DNA of 32,000 nucleotides from Longivirga aurantiaca (GTDB taxonomy: Bacteria > Actinomycetota > Actinomycetes > S36-B12 > CAIYMF01): positions 1,117,836 through 1,149,835 of the forward strand of contig NZ_JBHSTI010000008.1 in the NCBI RefSeq assembly GCF_042660085.1, given 5' to 3'. Below, piece by piece: positions 9,601-17,959 of this stretch; positions within the stretch are counted from its first letter, which is position 1, and each line of letters starts with the position of its first letter. A model generated the notes under the pieces. It made no database searches and was not told the DNA's origin. It saw nothing but the letters and a program-made list of their open reading frames with translations. The position numbers and the translations under genes were made by a program.

Positions 9601-11392
9601 CAAGGAGGCGGAGAAGATCGGCCCGCAGACCGTGCGGATCACCACGACCGGCGATCACGGATACACCTGCTCCCTCGCCGGCTTCACCACGACCGACGGC
9701 ACCCGTCAGCTCGCGCCGCCGGGATACCTGTCGAAGTTCCCCTGTGCGGCCGACGCCAGGCTTGAGACCGTCTCACTGAGCGGTTTCGGGGACGGGGCCT
9801 CGGGTCTCAACGGGAAGTCCTTCAAGGTGACGCAGATCGATTCGGCCAACGAGCTTCAGTTGCAGTCGTCGAGCACGCTCTCGGCCGTCGACTGGACAGC
9901 CGGAGCTTCTGGCTGCACGACCGGTTGCGGGAACGGCAGCCTCAAGAGGCTTCCTGGCGCGCTCGACAGGACGGCCCAGACCGTCGGGAGCTCTGCGACC
10001 AACTTCTCCGTGGAGTTCTCGGACACCAGCGAGTTCGAGGCTGCTGCATCCTGGTCGCTCAACACCTCTCTTTCCGCCGATCTGCAGCTCAGCGGCGGCG
10101 GCGCGGCCCTCGGTGGGGCCGGAGTTGCCATCAAGCTGAAGGGTAACTACCAACGGTCCGAGGGAGCCACCCGCAGCGTGGCGATGCTGGCTGGCACCAA
10201 GTTCGAGGCCACCATCCCGCCGGTGTCCGAGACGGGCACGCGCTACGTCGTGCAGCCGTTCCTCACGTCAGACCCGCGCACCAACGCCATGACGTTCGAC
10301 TGGACGGCTTCCTGCGACATCCACTGCAACACCGGTGTGTGGAACTCGTACCTCTACCAGCCGGACCTGGCCTTCGCCCTGCCCGAGCTGCTCAACCCGT
10401 ACAAGACCCCCAACAACACGGGTGACAACTACGTCAACATGCTGCGCTCGCCCGACTTCCAGACGTGGAAGTGCCGGGACGACGCGACGCTCAAGCAGAA
10501 GGTCTGCACGGCACCTCCGCTGGCAGTGGCCGGCAAGGCGTCGACGATCTCGACGACCGTCCACAACTACAGCCTCAAGGCATACGCGAGCTCGACCAAG
10601 CCCATCACCATCCGGTACTACGTCGGAGACCCCGCGCGAGGTGGCTACCCCGTCCTCGACGCTCCGGTGCCGTCGTCGCCGGGCTGCGGCTTCGCCTACT
10701 GCATCACCCCGCAGGGCGAGGTCAACGTCCTGAGCGACTGGGTTCCCGCCCTCGGCCTCTCCGGACGTGGGACGACCGCGGCCCCGCTGCCGATCTACGC
10801 GGTGATCCGCACGACCATGCCCGAGGTGCATCCCTGGACGGCGCCTATCAGCCTCGCCGACTGCGACGCGACGTACCCCAACCTCGCCGGTGCGATTCCG
10901 GAGTACCGCGAGCCTGGGGGCACGGCCAAGCGCCCGTCCCTCTGCCCGACCACCAACAACCAGGCGTACTTCCCGATCCGGTTCGGCGGGAAGCCGGCTC
11001 AGCCGACCGACCTGTCGGTGTACTCGTCAGGCGTGGTCGTGTCCCAGGACGGGCGGTCCGCCTCCATCAAGGTCAAGTCCTCGTCCGCCATCACCGGGAA
11101 GCGGGCCATCATCCGGATCTGGGCCTGCCCCACCACCTCCACCTGCCTGCCGCAGACGCTCCCGATCCCCAAGAACGCATCGGCGGCATCGGGCTGGGGG
11201 AAGACGGTCAGCCTCACGATCGCCAAGGGCGGGACGCAGACGATCACCATGCCGTTGAACACGAGCGGCGCCAAGAACATCACGGTGCAGGTGATCCCGC
11301 TCGACGTGTGGGAGCGCCCGGGTGGCCCGGCGCTCAACCAGCCGGGGCAGCTCGGCAACAACCAGGTGACCAAGGTCGTCACGATCGGGTGA
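6677..11392 (+). CDS. Giant secreted protein with FG-GAP/VCBS-like repeats and large beta-rich C-terminal regions (about 1571 aa)
   Basis: ATG at 6677 overlaps the previous stop as ATGA. Signal-peptide-like FTALLCVGVMLSLGLGAASSYSSGAEA. FG-GAP-like motifs AKADFNGDGREDVVTA, VVTGDFNGGAPDEIAVG, AAADFDGDGMDDPVIG. The ORF track starts at 6665, but the coupled start at 6677 is preferred. Confidence 0.88.
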   Translation: MSTATRVRLTSKGSMPMSRFTALLCVGVMLSLGLGAASSYSSGAEAATATATAAVVPAAAPAPGSECLDDVTGESEPCDFGMEPVRFPSGRTIGEYESAVLTRSAANRASTVSMNDFTTGVLLGSCVPDVASCGLDNRVRVGDDGPLYTDATPVLPSSASTTVGDTAVAKADFNGDGREDVVTAALCPVLGGGTPSEICLRAYDPDTDSWSSWSPTGLVADSVKAVGRIKLAAGRIAQTTAKVTGASFTTSADGSNLLMRLTTDIPHRLTTSDALRFDAAGVAELASALCLPADDDGTEPLCAGDLAEGLWPIESIATDRLSFVVALGTLQDASATATCPPEGFRCLADGTREPLDWSSDTGFGVTGTNQGLAVAWVAPSASVQLATFIVRLGTTAPFSLSDVHSVGVSTGARQPLDVVTGDFNGGAPDEIAVGFGSTCTGLACLRVRIFRWNDSKQLVPVGAANAPADAPKMSGNANLTVSSVSLASGRLTKAAGTNLDGDDLLVAVQSTSGTIGCPVLQACMARYAITYDVAGDFVPKAAATTLIETGSEGLVASRYSFVAAAADFDGDGMDDPVIGRTTTQLLGTTESRAAFTVITTLSSTGTRLTFNGDDDMRAVGVGGSGQLALAAGQVGSLEDASSQGFPNAINPDIVLAWTCVDTASCGASASGSSVAILPIAVKIQATPEFFPKGKDKLSPSDDGGIPSVLPAAPLPATYNAITSEATHVALALPDLDADSQTLGTPVTYVTVGEVRPLMILRSPPVHFDAFPALITNDGKVSFTETRDTNGCFGAKTPSDCDVATVYSSTSTLTSSIAGSINNSWGIGGSVGFNTWFGDTKETKAGVTKCQTGVCAELTVLLETEYNGEQADTTKAGTNFTYSFSKTALAGSDEVLAFTAATETTEYPIYPGTSVFGGELEPGRYVRVDSPVQSTLAWRSATDPEITSSGWQHSVPGNILSYPKSANTLPTDTKAVKEAEKIGPQTVRITTTGDHGYTCSLAGFTTTDGTRQLAPPGYLSKFPCAADARLETVSLSGFGDGASGLNGKSFKVTQIDSANELQLQSSSTLSAVDWTAGASGCTTGCGNGSLKRLPGALDRTAQTVGSSATNFSVEFSDTSEFEAAASWSLNTSLSADLQLSGGGAALGGAGVAIKLKGNYQRSEGATRSVAMLAGTKFEATIPPVSETGTRYVVQPFLTSDPRTNAMTFDWTASCDIHCNTGVWNSYLYQPDLAFALPELLNPYKTPNNTGDNYVNMLRSPDFQTWKCRDDATLKQKVCTAPPLAVAGKASTISTTVHNYSLKAYASSTKPITIRYYVGDPARGGYPVLDAPVPSSPGCGFAYCITPQGEVNVLSDWVPALGLSGRGTTAAPLPIYAVIRTTMPEVHPWTAPISLADCDATYPNLAGAIPEYREPGGTAKRPSLCPTTNNQAYFPIRFGGKPAQPTDLSVYSSGVVVSQDGRSASIKVKSSSAITGKRAIIRIWACPTTSTCLPQTLPIPKNASAASGWGKTVSLTIAKGGTQTITMPLNTSGAKNITVQVIPLDVWERPGGPALNQPGQLGNNQVTKVVTIG

Positions 11393-11397
11393 CGAGA

Positions 11398-11439
11398 TCG
11401 GTGGGCACCGCCGCTCCGCCCCGGGGCGGTGCCCACCGA
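11398..11439. terminator. Strong hairpin between convergent genes, probable terminator
   Basis: TCGGTGGGCACCGCC (11398-11412), 12-nt loop, GGCGGTGCCCACCGA (11425-11439). This is a perfect 15-bp stem, 5 bp after the stop of the 6677..11392 gene. No long T-tract. Confidence 0.75.
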
Positions 11440-11486
11440 CATAGCGCCAGGTGGCGGCCGTCGAGGTCGCCGCGTGTGCGCGTGGG

Positions 11487-13949
11487 TCAGGTGGTCGAGT
11501 GCGGATCCGACAGCGTGGTCGGTACGACGGTGCCACTGCGCAACGCCCAGGAGACGGCCTCGGCACGGCCGCGCACACCGAGCTTCCGGTAGATCGCGAC
11601 CGTGTGGTGCATGACGGTCTTGGGCGCCATGCCGAGAGTCTCGGCGACATCCCGGTTGGTGCCGCCTGCGACGAGCCGCTCCAGGACGTCGAGCTCTCGC
11701 GGCGTGAGGTGCTCGCCGGCGGGAACCCCAGGACGCGGTAGGACGTGGGGATCCGGGCCGGTCGTGGGCAGGTAGCCGCGCACGATCGCCTGGGCCCGGC
11801 GGTTCGCCTGGCCCAAGGTGAGGCCTCGGACCTCGGAGGCCAGCGCGTCGTACTGCTCGGGCGGCACGAGCCCGCGCAGCGGTTCGACCATCGCGAGGTA
11901 CGTCTGCGCGAGCGAGGGGAGGATCTGCGGCAGCATAGGCTCGAGCTCGGCGATCGACTCGCGCACGCGGACGGTGTCGTCGAACGAGCCACGCGCCATC
12001 GTGACAGGCACCAGGAGGATCAGTGGGGCGAGGGCAGCCACCGGCCAGGTGCGCTCGACGCCCTCTGCGATGAGGAGCATCCGGCCGATGGCGCTCAGGG
12101 CAGATGCCTGGTCCTGCGCGGCCAGAGCCGCCATCGCCATCGGCGCCAGCACGTGCATCACCATCATCGGCTGCTGAAGGCATTCGGCCCGCTGCAGCAG
12201 CTCGTCCAGCTCGAGCAGCGGGACCGGGCCGCGCTCCTCCGGCGGCAGCGCACGCAGCATCAGGGCCGAGTGGATGATCGCCTCCGAGTCGCGGACGCGA
12301 GAAGCGCGCTCGTAGGCGCTACGGGCGCTGCGCGCCTGGGCTGCGGTGTCGCCGCGGAGGCTGTGCGTCATCGCGACGTACACCTCGAAGCGAGCTAGAG
12401 CCGCCTCGTTGCCGAGCCGTGAGGCGAGAGCGTGACCCTCGTGGGCGGAGGCCACGGCTCCCTCCAGGTCGAAGGTGACGCCGAGGGTGCTCACGACCAG
12501 CTCGAGCGCCTCGAGAAGCGCGGCATCGTCGCCCGACGACCGCGCCAGCGCGATCGACTGCCGGAGCCGTCGAGCCGTCCACGCGCCGTACGCCGCTGTG
12601 CCCATGTCGTCGGCCGGCGAGTGGACGGTGGCCCACATGAGGGTGCGTGCCACAAGCGCGTCGTCGGACACGGATCCGTCGTTGAGCACGCTTTCGACCA
12701 GGGGGAGGAGTGTGGCCTGTGCGCCGGGGGAGAGGGTGAGGTCCGGCGCTGCGATCGCGGCGAGCTGCAGCGCGGAGTCCTGATGGCCGGTCGAGATCCG
12801 CCTGTCGAGGGCGGCAAGGACGTCCGGCCACGAGCGCGAGGCCGTGCTGGGGTCGAGGGTGCACTGCGTCGACCAGTACGCGGCGTGCGCGTCACGCACG
12901 CGGTCCTCCACGCCGGACTCCGCCAGCAGGCGCTTCCCGTGCCGCCGCACGAGCGGGTCGAGGCGGAGCAGCTCGTGGTTGGCGCTGTCGACGAGCAGGT
13001 CGACGAGGTGCGAGTCGACGAGCTCGGAGACGAGGTCGAGCAGCTCCAGCTCTCCGAGGCGCGGCTCCGTGACCTGCTGGGCAGCAGCCAGCGGGAACCC
13101 GCCCTCGAACACGGCGAGCCGGGTCATCAGCGCGGCAGCTGGGGGGCTGAGCAGGCTCATGGACCAGTCCAGTGCGGCATCGATGCTCCGGTGCCGATCG
13201 GCCACCCCCAGGGTGTCGCGCTGGTGCAGCAGCGCAGAGGATCGCTCGAGCTGACGGGCCATCATCGCTGGCGGCACCGAAGCCACGCGCGCTGCAGCCA
13301 CCTCGATCGCGAGCGGCAGCCCGCCCAGAGTGCGGCAGATCGCCGCGACAGAGGTGCGGGTGCCGGCGTCGAGAACGAAGGAGGCGTCTGCCGCGGCAGC
13401 GCGTGCAGCGAACAGGGAGACGGCGGGGCCGTCCCCGTCGGGGTCTGGCGCGGGGAACGGCTTGACCGCTACGACGCGCTCGCCGGGCACTCGGAGCGGC
13501 CGCACGCGCGTGGCCAGCACGGTGAGGGCGGGGTACGAGTCGCGCAGGTCGACCACGAGCTCTGCCAGAGCCTCGACCTCGTCGGCGTCATCGAGCACGA
13601 GGACGGCCCGCTGGCCTCCGGCCCGCCGCCAGAGCGCCGTTGCCGGGCTGGCGCCGTACTGCGGGGCCTCGCTCAGTGCCGAGATGAGCGCGTCGGCAGC
13701 GAGCCCGGAGTCGGTCACGCCGGTCAGGGGGACGGCGACGACGACCGTGTCGGCGTCGTTCAGCGTTCGGTGGGTGACCTCGGCGACGAGACGCGACTTA
13801 CCCACGCCGACCGGACCGGTGATCGTGATGACATGGACTGCGTCGTCCGCGAGCAGCTCTCGCAGCGCATCGAGCTCGGCAGCGCGCCCGACGAGTGGGC
13901 CGGGACGTGACAGCACACCAGAAACAGGCCGTGCAACGGTGTCGGTCAC
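11487..13949 (-). CDS. LuxR-family transcriptional regulator with N-terminal ATPase domain
   Basis: Walker A GPVGVGKSRLVAEV, Walker B-like AVLVLDDADE, and C-terminal LuxR HTH LTPRELDVLERLVAGGTNRDVAETLGMAPKTVMHHTVAIYRKLGVRGRAEAV. The track ORF begins at 14003. GTG at 13949 (VTDTVARPVSG) has a better SD (GAGAAGG). Confidence 0.9.
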   Translation of the reverse strand: MTDTVARPVSGVLSRPGPLVGRAAELDALRELLADDAVHVITITGPVGVGKSRLVAEVTHRTLNDADTVVVAVPLTGVTDSGLAADALISALSEAPQYGASPATALWRRAGGQRAVLVLDDADEVEALAELVVDLRDSYPALTVLATRVRPLRVPGERVVAVKPFPAPDPDGDGPAVSLFAARAAAADASFVLDAGTRTSVAAICRTLGGLPLAIEVAAARVASVPPAMMARQLERSSALLHQRDTLGVADRHRSIDAALDWSMSLLSPPAAALMTRLAVFEGGFPLAAAQQVTEPRLGELELLDLVSELVDSHLVDLLVDSANHELLRLDPLVRRHGKRLLAESGVEDRVRDAHAAYWSTQCTLDPSTASRSWPDVLAALDRRISTGHQDSALQLAAIAAPDLTLSPGAQATLLPLVESVLNDGSVSDDALVARTLMWATVHSPADDMGTAAYGAWTARRLRQSIALARSSGDDAALLEALELVVSTLGVTFDLEGAVASAHEGHALASRLGNEAALARFEVYVAMTHSLRGDTAAQARSARSAYERASRVRDSEAIIHSALMLRALPPEERGPVPLLELDELLQRAECLQQPMMVMHVLAPMAMAALAAQDQASALSAIGRMLLIAEGVERTWPVAALAPLILLVPVTMARGSFDDTVRVRESIAELEPMLPQILPSLAQTYLAMVEPLRGLVPPEQYDALASEVRGLTLGQANRRAQAIVRGYLPTTGPDPHVLPRPGVPAGEHLTPRELDVLERLVAGGTNRDVAETLGMAPKTVMHHTVAIYRKLGVRGRAEAVSWALRSGTVVPTTLSDPHSTT

Positions 13950-14128
13950 CCGTGGTCCCTTCTCCCGTGCGTCACCGTGTGCGCTGCACGTTCCCACGAC
14001 CACGTTAGTGGACCCTTAGTGACTGCACATCCGGAACCCGGAGCCGCCTGTTCGATGGATCGGCGCGGACCGAGGAACGGAGCGCGCAACCCCATGTGGG
14101 GCCGAACGCGGGGAGGAGCTGGCCTGGT

Positions 14129-14452
14129 CTAGTCGCCTGCTAGCGCGGGGCGGTGCATCACGGCCCAGGTGGGCGTGACCTCCATGCGGTCGCCCTCGAC
14201 GTGCGCGTCGCCGTCGACGATGAGGCTGTAGTCGGCGCCGCTCGCGCCCGGGAAGGCCAGCGTGACTCCGGGGCGGGCGACCGCGTTCTCGGCCGTACGC
14301 CGTCCGACGGTCGCGACGAGCGTGCCGCCCTCGACGACCGTGGGGACGGCGAGGCTCTGCGCCCGGCCGTCGTCCCGGACAGTGACGAGGTAGCCCCAGG
14401 GGTAGTCGGCGAGCTTGGCGGCCAGGTCCTCGAGCGGTACGGCGATGCTCAT
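14129..14452 (-). CDS. Small pyridoxamine 5'-phosphate oxidase (PPOX) superfamily-like protein
   Basis: 107 aa: MSIAVPLEDLAAKLADYPWGYLVTVRDDGRAQSLAVPTVVEGGTLVATVGRRTAENAVARPGVTLAFPGASGADYSLIVDGDAHVEG... This is the typical split-barrel N-terminal pattern. Confidence 0.72.
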   Translation of the reverse strand: MSIAVPLEDLAAKLADYPWGYLVTVRDDGRAQSLAVPTVVEGGTLVATVGRRTAENAVARPGVTLAFPGASGADYSLIVDGDAHVEGDRMEVTPTWAVMHRPALAGD

Positions 14453-14589
14453 GCCCGCAGCCTAGGGAGTCCGGGGCGTGCGACCGACGGACTCGCGCTC
14501 TCGGTGTGAGCGTTCCCGGCGTACCTGGTGCTGGATCGCGTCGTGAGGGGCGCGCTCGCTGCCCGGGTACGGCGTACGACGGGTCGCGG

Positions 14590-15867
14590 TCACCGGTAGC
14601 GCATGCGTTCGCTCACCGTCCCGAGGATCTTGTCCTCGATATCGGGGTGCTCCTCGAGCAGTGCGAGGAAGGCCGGCTTCGGCAGCGAGTACAGCGTGCC
14701 GGGTGACGCGGCGGTCGCGGTCGCGGTCCGCGTGCCGCCGAACAGCAGCGCGATCTCGCCGAGGAAGTCGCCCTCGCCCAGCGTGCGCAGGTGCTGGCCG
14801 TGCGCGCTGATGTCGACCGTGCCGGTGCTGAGCACGAAGAACTCGTCGCCGTCGTCGCCCTCGTGGGTGAGCACGTCGCCGGCCGCGAACTCGCGGGTCT
14901 GCGCGGCACCGGCCAGCGTGGCCAGCTCCGGCGCAGACAGCCCGGCGAACAGCGGCACGCGCCCGAGGGCCGCCACCGTGGCGTCGGTCATGAGTCGAGC
15001 GTTGTCGCTTCCCATCCTGCGCATCCAATCTCTCGGGCCGAGACTGCCCGCTGCTGCCACCACGATGAGGCCGATCCCCAGCCACTGCTGCGCGACGAGC
15101 ACGTCGTCGCGGATCACGATGCCGGTCAGCGCGGCCACCGCGGGCTCGAACGCGAGCACGAGCCCGAACGTCGCCATCGGCAGCGTGCGCAGCGCGACGG
15201 CCTCGAGCGAGAACGGCACGAGCGTCGCGAGCACGCCGGCGAGCGCGAGGGTGAGCAGCACGTGCACGTCCCACAGCCCGGGCTCGGCCAGCAGCAGGCC
15301 GAACGGCGTCTGCAGCGCTGCCGTGATCACCAACGCGAGCGCGAGCCCCGAGAGCCCCGAGCCGGCGGCGTTCACGCGCTTGCCCGCCACGATGTACGCC
15401 GCCAGCGCCACCGCGCCCGCGAGCGCGAACCCGAGCCCGGTCAGGCTGACGGGACCGTCGGTGCCGTTCGCCAGGCACAGCAGCAGTGCACCGATCGCGG
15501 CGACGCCGACCAGGGCCAGATCGACCGGCGTGCGGTTGCCCCACGCCGCGATCGCGAGCGGCCCCAGCATGAGGATCGCGCTGACGTAGCCCAGGGGCGC
15601 GTGTGCGATCGCGACGTACGCGCAGAGCGTGAGGCACGCGAGCGACGCGCCGTACACCGCGATCGGCCCGAGGCGGTCGCGGGTGTACGCCGAGATGTCG
15701 GGCCTGATGTACGCCCACAGCAGCACCGCGCCGACCAGGCTGCGCACCCACACCGCCGAGACGGGCCCTGCGGCTGCGAACACGCTCGCCGCCACGGCGA
15801 GGCCCATCTGCAGGCTCGCGCTCGACAGCAGCACGAGCCCGACCGGCTTCCACGGCGTGCGGCTCAT
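14590..15867 (-). CDS. EamA/RhtA-type DMT exporter fused to a C-terminal cyclic nucleotide-binding (CAP_ED) domain
   Basis: Multi-TM body (VGLVLLSSASLQMGLAVAASVFAAAGPVSAVWVRSLVGAVLLWAYIRP...) followed in frame by VPLFAGLSAPELATLAGAAQTREFAAGDVLTHEGDDGDEFFVLSTGTVDI..LGEGDFLGEIALLFGGTRTATATA. The track ORF starts at 16017; ATG at 15867 is preferred (avoids overlapping the aminotransferase). Confidence 0.85.
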   Translation of the reverse strand: MSRTPWKPVGLVLLSSASLQMGLAVAASVFAAAGPVSAVWVRSLVGAVLLWAYIRPDISAYTRDRLGPIAVYGASLACLTLCAYVAIAHAPLGYVSAILMLGPLAIAAWGNRTPVDLALVGVAAIGALLLCLANGTDGPVSLTGLGFALAGAVALAAYIVAGKRVNAAGSGLSGLALALVITAALQTPFGLLLAEPGLWDVHVLLTLALAGVLATLVPFSLEAVALRTLPMATFGLVLAFEPAVAALTGIVIRDDVLVAQQWLGIGLIVVAAAGSLGPRDWMRRMGSDNARLMTDATVAALGRVPLFAGLSAPELATLAGAAQTREFAAGDVLTHEGDDGDEFFVLSTGTVDISAHGQHLRTLGEGDFLGEIALLFGGTRTATATAASPGTLYSLPKPAFLALLEEHPDIEDKILGTVSERMRYR

Positions 15868-15919
15868 GGCCGTCGCCTCCAGCGCACGGAGGGATGTCGA
15901 GGCGTACGGACCGCCATGG

Positions 15920-17038
15920 TCACCCGCCCTCCAGGCAGGCGCGGACGGCGAACCCGGCACGCTCGACGACGTCGGCCTCACGCGCCAGTGCGATGCGCAG
16001 GTAGCGCTCACCGGCACGGCCGTCGCCCCAGTAGAACGGTCGGCACGGCACCGAGTGGACGCCCTGCCTCAGCAGCTGGCCCCACAGCCGCGTGCCGGTC
16101 ATGCCTCGCGCGAGCTCGACGCGCGAGACGCTCACGCGCGAGTCGCCGTCCGAGACGGCCGCGCGCTCGCATCCCTCGAGCACCTTCCCGAGCACCGCGC
16201 GGTTGTGCGCGATCCGCTCGTGCAGCGCGGTCATCCCGCCGTCGGCCAGGTCGAGGGCGAACTGCTCGACCACCGCGACCGAGAAAGGGGGAGCGATCAG
16301 CAGGACGTCGGCCGCGACCTCGGCGAGGTCGAGCCGCGCGTTGGCCGACCACGCGAGGAAGCCGAGCTTCACGCCACCGGTGGGCCACAGCTTGCCTGTG
16401 TCCTCGACGATCACGTACTCCGCGCCGGTCGCGTCGAGCACGGCATACGTGTCGTACTGCGCGCGCCTGTCGAACGCGCGGAAGCACTGATCGATCAGCA
16501 GGGGAGCGCCTCGCCCGGCGCAGGCCCGGCCCAGCCGCTCGAGCTCGGCCTCGGTCATGACCGTGCCCGTGGGGTTGTTCGGGTTCGCGGCCAGCACCGC
16601 CTGGATCTCCGGGTGCCGCAAGAACAGGTCCCCGTCCGTCAACGACTCCTCCGACAGCGGCACGAGATCGAGACCGCGATGGCGCAGCAGCGCCGGGATG
16701 CAGTCGATCACCGGGGTCACGACGCCGACGGTGCGCACCCGGCGCGCGAGCGCTGCGGCGGCGACGTCGATCGCGATGGTCGAGGCGTAGAAGCTGAGGA
16801 TCCGTCCGCTGCCGATCGGCGCGGTGGTCTGACCGAGCGCGTGCAGGAACGCGGTGTGCGCGCGCTGCTCGAGCACCGGGTACGGCGTGGTCGTCGCCTC
16901 GGTCATGAGCTCGGGCAGCCGGGCGAGGATCGCCGCCTGCGACGGGGTCGGCGCGAAACGCGGGTATCCCTCGGCGACGTTGGTCTCGCTCCCCACCCCC
17001 AGCAGCTGCATCTGGGTCAGGGAGGCCGTCGCGGTCAC
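15920..17038 (-). CDS. PLP-dependent class I/II aminotransferase
   Basis: AANPNNPTGTVMTEAELERLGRAC...LLIDQCFRAFD...EYVIVEDTGKLWPTGGVKLGFLAWS, then a C-terminal R-anchor region (YLRIALAREADVVERAGFAVRACLEGG). Start uncertain: the ORF extends to 17182, and GTG 17038 or ATG 17011 are plausible. Confidence 0.85.
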   Translation of the reverse strand: MTATASLTQMQLLGVGSETNVAEGYPRFAPTPSQAAILARLPELMTEATTTPYPVLEQRAHTAFLHALGQTTAPIGSGRILSFYASTIAIDVAAAALARRVRTVGVVTPVIDCIPALLRHRGLDLVPLSEESLTDGDLFLRHPEIQAVLAANPNNPTGTVMTEAELERLGRACAGRGAPLLIDQCFRAFDRRAQYDTYAVLDATGAEYVIVEDTGKLWPTGGVKLGFLAWSANARLDLAEVAADVLLIAPPFSVAVVEQFALDLADGGMTALHERIAHNRAVLGKVLEGCERAAVSDGDSRVSVSRVELARGMTGTRLWGQLLRQGVHSVPCRPFYWGDGRAGERYLRIALAREADVVERAGFAVRACLEGG

Positions 17039-17279
17039 GCGGTCGTCGCAGTCATGCCGCTGCTCCCATCGTGCCTGGTGGGGCTCTCTGCCCGGACCGT
17101 AGACCTCACCGGAGCTGCCGGGCGTCCGATCAGCGGAATCCGCCGTACCGCCGATGGACGGCCCGCTCGGGGCCGATCGCACGTCGAGGCTCCTCGGATT
17201 TCCGCAGTGATCGGGCCGTGGCGTGCGGGGTTCTCACGCGGAGCGCGTCGGACGCGTCATCATGCGGGCAGTGCAGCGT

Positions 17280-17900
17280 GGCGACGGAGGTGGGCGGCAG
17301 TGGTCGAGTGCTCCAGCAGCCCTCGAGATCGTCGATCGCGTGCACGCCCTGGGCCGAGCTCAACCGCCCGCTGCAGGCGCGGGCCGGCGTCCTCACGGGC
17401 GAGGCTGTCGCGAGCCTGAACGCCACCGACCAGCGGTTCGTCACGGGCGACCTCGTCAACACCGCGAGCCGGCCGGCGCCCTCGCGGCGCTCGACGCCCT
17501 CAAGGCCGAGCAGGGTGCGGAGTGGTACGAGCAGGGTGCGGAGTGGAAGCAGCTGCAGTTCGTCACGTGGTTCGCACACGCGAGGACCTACGTCCTGCTG
17601 CTGTCGGGGGACTCCGCCGCTGCTTCCGTGCGCGACGTGCGCGACAGGTGGCACGACGGAGGGCTGCCGCTCGACCACGCGTACGCCGTGCTGGTGCTCG
17701 CACGCGTGCTGCCGGCGGGCGGCGTGCCGGACGAGCACATCGGCGAGGCCCGAGCCCACCTCGTGGGGCTCGGGGCAGTGTCGCTGCTGCGCCTGATCGA
17801 CGCGGCCCTGGAGTCCGCGCGGTCGGCCCAGCTCGTTGCGGCTCCGGCGGCTCCGGCGGCTGCGGCGACGCAGGTGGGTGGGAAACGTGTTGCGGGGCGC
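17280..17900 (+). pseudogene. Decayed remnant of a class III adenylate/guanylate cyclase-like multidomain protein
   Basis: One frame gives NRPLQARAGVLTGEAVASLNATDQRFVTGDLVNTASR (class III cyclase core motif). It is immediately followed in another frame by LAALDALKAEQGAEWYEQGAEWKQLQFVTWFAHARTYVLLLSGDSAAASVRDVRDRW..., with no intact start. Confidence 0.6.
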
Positions 17901-17909
17901 ACGCTCGGC

Positions 17910-17959
17910 TTACCCGGGTAACGAGCGTGCGGTAGAGCGCACGCTGGTTACCCGGGTAA
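17910..17959. repeat. Hairpin variant of the palindromic element (22-bp stem, one mismatch, 6-nt loop)
   Basis: TTACCCGGGTAACGAGCGTGCG - GTAGAG - CGCACGCTGGTTACCCGGGTAA. Arms are 17910-17931 and 17938-17959. Confidence 0.9.

Noticed and set aside
11745-13910. Plus-strand ORFs opposite the LuxR regulator (12432..13910 and others)
   Set aside because: The minus strand carries Walker A and LuxR HTH motifs. Plus-strand translations are Arg/Gly-rich artefacts.
14791-16560. 589-aa plus-strand ORF over the exporter and aminotransferase
   Set aside because: Antisense artefact of two convincingly annotated minus genes.
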